Origin: Gemmatimonadota bacterium
GTDB taxonomy: Bacteria; Gemmatimonadota; Gemmatimonadetes; Gemmatimonadales; GWC2-71-9
Direction: 5' to 3'
Length of the DNA: 29,397 nucleotides
Assembly: GCA_036679605.1 (NCBI GenBank)
Contig: JAZDCZ010000302.1
Coordinates: 1-29,397, forward strand
Position numbers and translations under genes: made by a program
The notes under the pieces: model-generated
Database searches by the model: none
Told to the model about the DNA's origin: nothing
The model's input: only the letters and a program-made list of their open reading frames with translations
In this document: positions 1-7,518 of the stretch, in pieces
How the letters are laid out: each line of letters opens with the position of its first letter
Numbering within the stretch: the first letter of the stretch is position 1

Positions 1-105
1 CTCCGAGGCCTCAATCCGACCAACACCATCGCCCAAGCCCTCAAAACCTACCTCACCACCAACCAACTGCCGCCGCTACCCCCACAAACCACTGCAAACG
101 GCTGA
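1..105 (+). CDS. IS66-family transposase, C-terminal fragment (5' partial)
   Basis: Frame +1 reads LRGLNPTNTIAQALKTYLTTNQLPPLPPQTTANG*, with TGA at 103-105 inside the putative terminal repeat. This resembles IS66 transposase C-termini as I recall them. Not in the ORF track. Confidence 0.6.
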   Translation, partial: LRGLNPTNTIAQALKTYLTTNQLPPLPPQTTANG

Positions 106-113
106 AATGTTAC
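1..113 (+). mobile_element. Right end of an IS66-family-like insertion sequence (partial)
   Basis: Ends in GGCTGAAATGTTAC (reverse complement GTAACATTTCAGCC), resembling IS66 GTAA... terminal repeats. It overlaps the stop of a transposase-like C-terminus and lies within the 3' end of the integrase ORF. Confidence 0.65.
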
Positions 114-1287
114 AGGGACGAATAATAGGTGACTGTCCCGGATTACCCGCCACGTAGGCTTCACCCGCCGCCGACACAAACACCTGCTCGGCGTCATGCG
201 GTTCCGCCTTTTGATATTTCTTGATGGCCGCAATCGTGCGACCCCATAGGATCCCGACGCGGACAACGCCCGTCTTCGAACGGCGACCAACGAAGGTCTT
301 TTTCTTGAAGTCGATTTCGGCGCGTCGGAGCGCAGCCACCTCGCCGGGATACATGCACAGATTGAGCGCCGTCAGCATCATAGCCTTGAACTTGATCGGT
401 GCAGCATCGAGTAGCTTGGCCAAATCTGTAGGCGCGATCGGGTGTGGATCAACCTGCGCATGCCGCTCCTTCTCAAACAGCGCGCACAAATCAATCACGC
501 GACGAAGCTGCCCCACGTCGCGACCGCGTTTCAATGCGTGCCGCAACACTGCCGTCACCGTCGTCAGCCGATGATTGACGTAGGCAGCGGACCGCTTGTT
601 AGCCTGCTTCGCAGACCACACGCCGTCGTGATAGTTCTCGACGTCGCCCGCGGTGATGTCGCGCAGCGTCTTGGCTTTGACGGCGGCCGCAAATTCATCC
701 CAGTACCGCTTCGCATCGCGCTTCCAGGTCGATGACGCGCTCCGCTTCTTGTTGGCGTAAACCTTCCACACGTCGGCCAGCGGGATGCTCGCTTCGGGGC
801 GCCGCAGATCGACCAGGTATCCGATTTGTTCAATGCCCGTGCGTTCGGCGACGTATTGCGGTTTCTGAACGATCTGCTTGCGGACGTATGCCCAGAGGGC
901 GTCCTCGGTGATCAGATTGTAGAGTCCGGGTTCTGCGTTCCGCCACGACTCGGGCACTTCGTTGGCGACCCTCACGGGACGGCGCCCGTTGCGAGGATCG
1001 ACATCTACCACGTAGATCGGACCGTCGACCGCGTCTGGAATCGGCAGCCGGATCGTGCGCGGCTTGCCGGACGCGATCGCTACGGCAGGCGAATGTCCCC
1101 GGGCGCGGTTCTCCCATGAGCGGAATGCGATGACGGCGCTGTCGTGATCGCCACGAAAATAGGCGCGGGGCTTCGTCGCGGTCGCGTAGTACCGCCCGCT
1201 CTTCGGTTCGCGGCTCAAGCCAACAATTGGCTTGCCGTCCCGGCCCGTCACGTACCTCGGCGGCCGCCCGGCTTTGCGTTTGACCAT
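76..1287 (-). pseudogene. Tyrosine recombinase/integrase, C-terminally truncated
   Basis: ATG at 1287 with GGAGAG RBS. SAM-like core-binding region (LRDITAGDVENY..SAAYVNHRLTTVTAVLRHA), box I-like LTALNLCMYPGEVAALRRAEIDF and RSKTG lysine. No HxxR or catalytic Tyr: the frame runs into foreign sequence after ~FVSAAGEAYVA (~147). Confidence 0.75.
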
Positions 1288-1337
1288 GATGTGCTCTCCC
1301 GTGGAATGGGCCAGAAATGCGGGTATCACAAGGCGGG

Positions 1338-1359
1338 ATAAAACGCAAAATAAAACGCA
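1338..1359. repeat. 10-bp direct repeat ATAAAACGCA x2 (12-bp period) upstream of the integrase
   Basis: Exact copies at 1338-1347 and 1350-1359 in an AT-rich patch ~50 bp upstream of the integrase start. Confidence 0.75.
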
Positions 1360-1508
1360 CGAAGCCATTCTCGGCACCGTGCGTCAAATCGGGGCGACTG
1401 CCGCTCGTTTGAACCGTCGCCGCTGACGATCCAGCGATACCTGTCCGCCTTCGTCGGGGCAACGCCGCCTTATCTGCAATCGCTGCAACAACTCGCGAGT
1501 CTGTGCGC

Positions 1509-2657
1509 TTAGCGTCGCTTCCGCGCGAGGCGGTAATGGCCCGTCCCACCGTGGCCAACGAACTCGATCATGCGTTCTTTCATGAGTGCCTGCAAATCGC
1601 GCGTGGCCGTCTTCTGCGACACGCCGAACTGCTTTTCGACGTCCGGCCGTCGAAGCTTGGTACCCCTGCGAAGTTCGCTGAGCACCCACTCGCGCCGCTG
1701 CTTCGCCGTGGGTTTTACCAGGTCACGCTGTCCCGTCGCTGGGTCATTTACTGGGTCACGGGCTTGCGTTGCCAGGTCATTTACTGGGTCATCCGCGCCA
1801 TTCCCTAGGTCATCGCCGGTCCGAGCGGATGCGTTCGCTGGGTCATGCATCTTCGGCGCTGGCACATCCTGCTCAATCGCGTCGCGATCGGTGATCATGC
1901 TGCTGAAGCGGTACCCGTACGTTTGGTCGTGCTCGATCACGTCCTGCGATTGACAATCAATGCCCCGTTCGCTTGCCATTTTGGACTGGACGGTTTTCTT
2001 GAACCTGCTGATCGCCTCCACCGCGGCTTGTTGGCCACGTTTCGCCTCCGCCGCCTCCGCCAGTTGTGCCGCGCTGAAGTAGCGGTAGCAGCCAACCGAT
2101 CGGCGCGCTCGCATCGTCTCCAGAATTGACCGTGTTTTGCCTCGCCCGCGACAGACCTTCACGCCGTTCAGCTCGACGCGATCGGGGAAGAACACCAGCT
2201 CACATTCCTCAAAAGGCCGTAGACTTGTTCGCTCTTGCGCCGGCGCACCGCGCTTCGCCAGCAACCGCAGGATAATCTCATCCAGCCTTAGCCGGCTGCG
2301 GCTGAACGGCTTAGCCAGATAGTCGTCGGCGCCTGCACGCATCAATTCAACCGCCTGTTCAGGTCCATCGTTGCCGTGGGCGGTCATGATGATGACCGGC
2401 GTCGCGGAGATCGTCGGCGTATTTCGGATGTGGTGGAGAAGGTTGATACCGTTCTCCGTGCGATGCATGGTTCGTCCGGAACGCACTGGGATTCCCAGAT
2501 CAAGCAGGACGTAGTCATAGCACGACGCGCTGAGCCGCCGCTTTGCCGATTCCATGCAACTTGCGGATTCGCAGGTGTGACCCAGGGACTCGACGATCTC
2601 GGCTACCTCCTCAGCCGTTCCCTCGTCGTCTTCGATGATCAGGGCTGTATACGTCAT
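1509..2657 (-). CDS. Response regulator: receiver + OmpR-like winged helix + repeat linker + DeoR-like HTH
   Basis: LIIEDDE acidic pocket, LLDLGIP phospho-Asp, IMTAH, YLAKPF. Central region ends in YGYRF (OmpR-like wing). C-terminal QRREWVL..VEKQFGVSQKTATRDLQAL is a DeoR-type HTH. ATGA overlap with the kinase stop. Confidence 0.9.
   Translation of the reverse strand: MTYTALIIEDDEGTAEEVAEIVESLGHTCESASCMESAKRRLSASCYDYVLLDLGIPVRSGRTMHRTENGINLLHHIRNTPTISATPVIIMTAHGNDGPEQAVELMRAGADDYLAKPFSRSRLRLDEIILRLLAKRGAPAQERTSLRPFEECELVFFPDRVELNGVKVCRGRGKTRSILETMRARRSVGCYRYFSAAQLAEAAEAKRGQQAAVEAISRFKKTVQSKMASERGIDCQSQDVIEHDQTYGYRFSSMITDRDAIEQDVPAPKMHDPANASARTGDDLGNGADDPVNDLATQARDPVNDPATGQRDLVKPTAKQRREWVLSELRRGTKLRRPDVEKQFGVSQKTATRDLQALMKERMIEFVGHGGTGHYRLARKRR
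1721..1845. repeat. Degenerate 33-bp tandem repeat inside the response regulator (DPVND linker)
   Basis: GGTCATTTACTGGGTCA exact at 1742-1758 and 1775-1791. GGTCA starts at 1721, 1742, 1754, 1775, 1787, 1808 and 1841 (spacings 21,12,21,12,21,33). Confidence 0.85.
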
Positions 2658-3814
2658 GCTTCTTGCGTGGCTTGCAGCCTCGGCAGTGTGATGGTCACCC
2701 TCGTCCCGACCCCTTCTTCGCTGTCGATCGTCAACATCCCGCCATGCGCGTCGATGCGGCGGCGCGCCGTGGGCAGACCGAATCCGGTTCCGTGGTTCTT
2801 CTTGCTCGTGTTGCCGGGCAGGAACTCGAGGACCTGCATCAAGTCCTCGCGGGACATGCCTCCACCGTTGTCCTGGACGGTGATCTCAACTTCCTCCGGA
2901 CTCAAAATTCCGGCACCAATCTGAATGACCGACGCGCCGGTGTGATCCTTTGCAGGAAAAGACTCAAACGCATTCTGAATGACATTCACGAACGCAAGCA
3001 ATACCCAGTCGCGCGCCACATCGACGGTGATCTCCTTTGATACGTCCACGTCCACAGCCGTGGCCGCGGTGTGGTATCCGCGCGCGTGCGCTGCCTCCCG
3101 TGCGAGTCGCATAGCTTCTTCCAGAATGTCCGCCAAGCGCTCCGGCCGACAGAGGGGCGACGCGATGAGCGCGTACTTGCGCATGTCGTCAATCAGTTGT
3201 TCCAGCAGCCGGACCCGCTCTTGCATTTTTCTCAACGCCGCACGCAGGCGGTCTTGGCGAACCGCTGATTTCTCCGCCTGTGCGATCATCCGATTGAGAC
3301 TCGAAACCAGCGGCGTGAGAATTCCACGAGCGTCGTGGACGGTGGCCCCGACCAGTTCGTCGTAATACATCTCGCCGATCTGACGAGCTGCCCGAGCGGC
3401 CTGGACGCCGAAGCGCTCTTCGAGCCGAGCGAGTCTGCCCGACAGCTCGGGCATGGACCGACGTTTGGGAGTCGGCTTCGGCGCGGCACGCCTGCGGTCG
3501 AGCGCGCTCTCAGCCGCTCGGCGTACGAACGCGTTATCGTCGTCCCGGAGCCGCGCCAGGGTCTTTGCCAGGATGTCCTGAGGCGCGCGTTGCAGCGCGT
3601 CGGCAACTGCCTTACGCACCTCCCATTTGGAATCGCTGGTGAGCACCTCGAGCAATTCCCCGGCGAGCGGGTCGGCCGACGAGGAATCGGCGGCCAGGAG
3701 ATGGGCGATTTTTCGGGGGAAGGTCCGACGCTCGGTCCACGGGATGGACTCCGGATCACCGCGGAGACAGGTGACCCAATGGGCAACGTCGTCGTGGGAA
3801 AGGGCATCCGACAT
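2654..3814 (-). CDS. Cytoplasmic sensor histidine kinase with N-terminal HEAT/PBS-lyase-like repeats
   Basis: Start re-called at ATG 3814 (TGATG overlap with the ATPase stop). HEAT-like LLEVLTSDSKWEVRKAVADAL and LARLRDDDNAFVRRAAESAL. H-box VHDARGIL, N-box NVIQNAFES, G1 DNGGGM, G2 GTGFGL. No TM segment seen. Confidence 0.9.
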   Translation of the reverse strand: MSDALSHDDVAHWVTCLRGDPESIPWTERRTFPRKIAHLLAADSSSADPLAGELLEVLTSDSKWEVRKAVADALQRAPQDILAKTLARLRDDDNAFVRRAAESALDRRRAAPKPTPKRRSMPELSGRLARLEERFGVQAARAARQIGEMYYDELVGATVHDARGILTPLVSSLNRMIAQAEKSAVRQDRLRAALRKMQERVRLLEQLIDDMRKYALIASPLCRPERLADILEEAMRLAREAAHARGYHTAATAVDVDVSKEITVDVARDWVLLAFVNVIQNAFESFPAKDHTGASVIQIGAGILSPEEVEITVQDNGGGMSREDLMQVLEFLPGNTSKKNHGTGFGLPTARRRIDAHGGMLTIDSEEGVGTRVTITLPRLQATQEA

Positions 3815-5709
3815 CAGTAGTTGTATCTCTTCTTCCGCCGCAAGAACGCTTCCTCGCCGCCCTCGAGCAGCTTGACAATGGCGTCCTTGCATTCGTCCAC
3901 GGTTCCGGATGGAGCGAGGGACGCTTGTCTTCCGTCTGACTGCAGTACGATTACCCGCTCCGCGTCGCCGAGCACCGGGATGTTGGGATTGTGCGTGACG
4001 AAGATCATCTGCCGGTGGGTTTTGACCTCGCGGATGGTCTTGACCACGGTCTCGTAGATGAAGCTGTTGTCGAGGTTGTCTTCGGGCTGATCGATGATCA
4101 GCGGGTTAGGGCTGTCGAGAAGCAGGATGGGCAGGATGGCGGTGCACTTCTGGCCAGTCGAGAGCATCAGCGCGTCCTTGTACTGCTCGCCGTCCTGGAG
4201 CTCGATCCACGGCTGATCGATCAATTCGACCGTTTCGAGGTCGTGCAGCATCGAATGCTCAGCAAGCGCCGACAACGTGCAGTCCGCTTGGTTCGCATTC
4301 AACCCCGCTTGATCGATCAGGGCGTCCCGGTCGCGTGCGGTGATGATCACCGACAACTCGGCCGGCGAAACCGAATCCGCCAGCTTCTGCGCGACAGCTT
4401 TGCGGCTGACGCGCGCTCCTTCGAGCGCCCACTCGATGAGTTGCATGTACGCGTCGCGATTGGCGAACTGTTCGACGCGCACGCGGATCGTGGGCTTAAG
4501 ACTGGCGGTGATTCTGTCGGCCTGCGCCTTGCGTTGCTGGAATCGCTGATCACGCAGTTCAGAGAGCCGGGCGAGCGATGCTTCGCGAAGTTGCTCCAGC
4601 TCAGCGATACTAGACGTAAGTACTTCTCGCGTTGCCTTGTGCGCCAACAGGTCGTTGCGTTTCCGCTCCAGTTTGACGCGCTCTGCAGATTGAGCCTGGG
4701 CAGCTTGGTGCTTCTCGATCAACTGGCGGAAAGTGGCCTCCTGCTTCTGATGCGCCGTGTTGAGTTCCTTGTGCGCCGCCGAAACGGCGCCGCCGGCGCG
4801 CTCCAGGGCGTCGCGAACCATGGCCACCGCTGCATTGATCCGCTCACTGCACTCTCCCAGCGCGGTAACGATCGTCTGCAACATCCGCTGATTGGGACCG
4901 GCTAGCATGTCGGGCGCGAATGCGGTGATCTGCCTGGGAACGCGGGCGGCGAAGCCCGAAGTGCCGCCGTATTCCTGGCGCAGCACGTCGAGCGTATCGG
5001 CGACCGCTTTCGACTCACGATCACGCAGCGCCTTCTCCGCATGCGCCTTGTTGACCTCGTCCGCCGAACCTCCACCCACTGCGGCGAGCTTGCGGAGCTT
5101 CTCTTCGATCGCCGGCATTTCACCCAGCGCATCCTCTGCGACCGAAAGCCGCGCGCGCGTGTCCGCTAAGGCAACTCCATTCGTCCGCAATTCGCCCAGC
5201 GTCGATTGGATACGTTCGTTGATCTCGGCGATCGAACCGGCGATGAAGCTGTCCAGCAGCGCAAGTTGGGAAAGGGAGTCGCCGGCGATCGTCTCCACCT
5301 CGTTTTGACTGAAGATGTCCGCCCGAAACACGTTGGTCGAACCGAGCACGATGTCCGTGTGCTCGCCGTCGGTGGTCAGAGCTATCGGAGACTCGAGCGC
5401 CGTGCGACTTACTTGGTACTCGATTCCGTCCGCTGTTTCGACGACAAGGCTGATGCGTCCCCCACCGAGGTTAGCTTGGACAAGGGATTCAACTCGACGA
5501 CGGAGCTCCCCACTTTCGTCGCCCCGGAATTCCTCAAGCGCATATCGGATTAGCTCGACGACCGTGGTCTTGCCCGTGCCGCGAGGGCCGATGAGGCAGC
5601 TCAGGCCCGAGGCGAACTCCATGCTGATGCCGTCGAGAAAACCGCCCGTAAATGATATGGCCTTGAGCCGGTGGGAATGGGCTGCGTGTTCCTTGTTTAC
5701 CTGGTTCAC
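3814..5709 (-). CDS. SMC/Rad50-like ABC-superfamily coiled-coil ATPase (TrlF/Ppl-like ATPase without PHP domain)
   Basis: Likely GTG start at 5709 with GGAG RBS. Walker A GPRGTGKT, Q-loop IFSQNE, long coiled coil, signature LSTGQK, Walker B/D-loop IIDQPEDNLD, H-loop VTHN. Confidence 0.88.
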   Translation of the reverse strand: MNQVNKEHAAHSHRLKAISFTGGFLDGISMEFASGLSCLIGPRGTGKTTVVELIRYALEEFRGDESGELRRRVESLVQANLGGGRISLVVETADGIEYQVSRTALESPIALTTDGEHTDIVLGSTNVFRADIFSQNEVETIAGDSLSQLALLDSFIAGSIAEINERIQSTLGELRTNGVALADTRARLSVAEDALGEMPAIEEKLRKLAAVGGGSADEVNKAHAEKALRDRESKAVADTLDVLRQEYGGTSGFAARVPRQITAFAPDMLAGPNQRMLQTIVTALGECSERINAAVAMVRDALERAGGAVSAAHKELNTAHQKQEATFRQLIEKHQAAQAQSAERVKLERKRNDLLAHKATREVLTSSIAELEQLREASLARLSELRDQRFQQRKAQADRITASLKPTIRVRVEQFANRDAYMQLIEWALEGARVSRKAVAQKLADSVSPAELSVIITARDRDALIDQAGLNANQADCTLSALAEHSMLHDLETVELIDQPWIELQDGEQYKDALMLSTGQKCTAILPILLLDSPNPLIIDQPEDNLDNSFIYETVVKTIREVKTHRQMIFVTHNPNIPVLGDAERVIVLQSDGRQASLAPSGTVDECKDAIVKLLEGGEEAFLRRKKRYNY

Positions 5710-5802
5710 ATTCGGACTCCGCCGTACCTGTGTTCGTGGTGGCCGATCGCTGCGGCGAAGGCATTGCCGCACCAAAGTCTAGCGCCAATTCCGCAGATGG
5801 CT

Positions 5803-5861
5803 GAATTCGCAATGTAGGCTGGCCTGTGACCTGTCGCCTGTCGCTATTCAATTGCGAATTC
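5803..5861. promoter_or_regulatory. Putative operator: 11-bp inverted repeat enclosing three 7-bp tandem repeats
   Basis: GAATTCGCAAT (5803-5813) ... ATTGCGAATTC (5851-5861). The spacer holds CCTGTGA CCTGTCG CCTGTCG (5823-5843). Lies ~95-150 bp upstream of the ATPase start. Function inferred. Confidence 0.55.
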
Positions 5862-6207
5862 CAGGAGCAATCCGCCGCTGAACAAGCAGGACGATCATAC
5901 GTGAATATGGGAGGTCTGGGGAGTCGGCGGGATGTTTCTGGGCTCCCCTCTTGCGGGCGACTGGATTTACCAGCGACCTCTTGACCCCCCCCATGAGAAC
6001 AAAGACCTAACATCTGAACCTCTGCCGGTCCTAGACTTATGTCGGAATCGCCACCTGCCGCGAACTCCGCCGAGTGGACTTCGAGCGGACATGACGCGGT
6101 CGAGTGTGGACACGAGGCCATCGATTGACCAGTTCGAGCATGAGAATGGGTGACCGCAGCGCGATCCTGTCTTCACTCGGCGTCCTGCTAATCCGATACA
6201 TCCTGCG

Positions 6208-6681
6208 ATGTCCAATCACCATACGGGCTTCGGATTCCCGGATCATGGACGTGGCGGGCGCTGTATTCGGTGGACATCCGCCATCGCCAGCCTCGTGCTC
6301 GTGGTAGCATCCGGCTGCGGATCGGGCCAGAGCGCATTGCTCCCCCAGGCATCCGTCGGGATCATCAGGGGCAAGGACAGCGCCGGTGCGACCATCGAAC
6401 TGGAGATGCGAGGAGACGATCTCACGGCTGCTCGCGTGATCGACGTCGTTCTTGGAACCGGCGAAGGCGAGATCATCTCCACCACGGATCGCAGTTTCGA
6501 GTTCACGATTGAGTTTCCAGCCGGCGCGACGATTACATACTTCGGGACGCTTCGGCCCCGAAGCGCGCCCTCAGCGCAGGAAATTGCGGGGACATGGGCG
6601 CAACACGCGGACGGAATCTTCGGAGAAGACACCGGCGTGTGGAACGCTCGCTCCGAACCGATGCATGGGACAGATCGCTAG
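6208..6681 (+). CDS. Hypothetical lipoprotein
   Basis: 157 aa. Hydrophobic stretch SAIASLVLVVASGC ending in a lipobox-like Cys, then a beta-rich body. Start uncertain. Confidence 0.65.
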   Translation: MSNHHTGFGFPDHGRGGRCIRWTSAIASLVLVVASGCGSGQSALLPQASVGIIRGKDSAGATIELEMRGDDLTAARVIDVVLGTGEGEIISTTDRSFEFTIEFPAGATITYFGTLRPRSAPSAQEIAGTWAQHADGIFGEDTGVWNARSEPMHGTDR

Positions 6682-6789
6682 CGGGCCCGTGCCAGCAGAC
6701 CCCTCTGCGATTGTCCGCCAGCGTGCCGTGGCAGACCAAAGCCGCATTCGTCCATCCATGGCGCCAACCTGCCGCGAAGGAACGATCCC

Positions 6790-7335
6790 TTACGCGACAC
6801 CGCCATCATGAATCTCCCTTATTGCCCACCCGTCGTCCGCTGGTTCGAGCACGTACTCCATCCCGACTCCATTGAGGCCTGAGCGTGCCACCGTAACGCT
6901 CACGCGGAGTAGCCCGCCGTTATCCACGGAGAATCGGCCGAGCGAAATCGAGACGCCAACTTCGCCGGTTTCGGGAAGCACGGGTGTGAGCGCGGGAACA
7001 AACGGATCAGCGAGGTCCGCTTCCGACAACGCCCGCACTTTCACCTGCAAATCAGTTTCTAACTGCGCCTTCAACGCCGGGGATACCCCACCTTCCGATG
7101 GGACACACGTCGGCGATATCGAGTCGCAGACCTCTCCAGTCTCTAGGAACAACACGGGTCGCGAGAACCCCTCTTTTCGGTAAGCGTCATCGATAACCGT
7201 TGCGATGGCTGCCAAGTCGGGCTGGACATCCGGGGGCCGAGGCGGCGCGGGCATGACACCACAGCCAACGGCTCCAACGAGCGACGCTACCGTGACCAGT
7301 CGGGCACGCGCGGCTAGAGTTGTGATGCTTCGCAT
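6790..7335 (-). CDS. Hypothetical lipoprotein
   Basis: 181 aa. GGAGG RBS, basic N-terminus, LVTVASLVGAVGC lipobox, Pro-rich linker, C-terminal GMEYVLEPADDGWAI. Confidence 0.75.
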   Translation of the reverse strand: MRSITTLAARARLVTVASLVGAVGCGVMPAPPRPPDVQPDLAAIATVIDDAYRKEGFSRPVLFLETGEVCDSISPTCVPSEGGVSPALKAQLETDLQVKVRALSEADLADPFVPALTPVLPETGEVGVSISLGRFSVDNGGLLRVSVTVARSGLNGVGMEYVLEPADDGWAIREIHDGGVA

Positions 7336-7451
7336 GTCGATCTACCTCCAGCCGACCTAACCTCGCGTCCTGACCGAAATCCAGAGGTCAGCACAATTGC
7401 GCTGCCCGGAACGACTGCCGATTGACTGGACGCATGCGCCGACAAAGACCC

Positions 7452-7484
7452 GCCCCGTTCGCCGCGCACGCCGACGAACGGGGC
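7452..7484 (-). terminator. Hairpin downstream of the giant surface-protein gene (possible terminator)
   Basis: GCCCCGTTCG (7452-7461) / CGAACGGGGC (7475-7484) form a perfect 10-bp stem ~35 bp after the 7519 stop. Only a weak U-tract follows. Confidence 0.5.
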
Positions 7485-7518
7485 CGACCACAAGGTGATC
7501 ACACTTGCCATGCCGGCC

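Noticed and set aside
1384..1508. tRNA fragment/att core next to the integrase
   Set aside because: No T-loop/CCA-like tRNA 3' sequence found.
3815..3892. Extended ORF-track start of the kinase (also 5775, 1377, 22090, 23229, 24695 for other genes)
   Set aside because: Downstream starts have RBSs or stop/start overlaps and begin at the recognisable domains.
3991..4905. 304-aa plus-strand ORF
   Set aside because: Antisense shadow of the motif-bearing ATPase, expected in high-GC DNA.
5870..6207. Short ORFs or a structured RNA in the divergent intergenic region
   Set aside because: No coding or RNA-family signature that I can support; likely promoter DNA.
6006..7361. ACCTAAC/GTTAGGT integron-core-like heptamers at ~6006 and ~7355 near small genes
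   Set aside because: No partner core site or attC-like dyad at suitable distance, the genes are convergent, and the integrase shows no IntI features.
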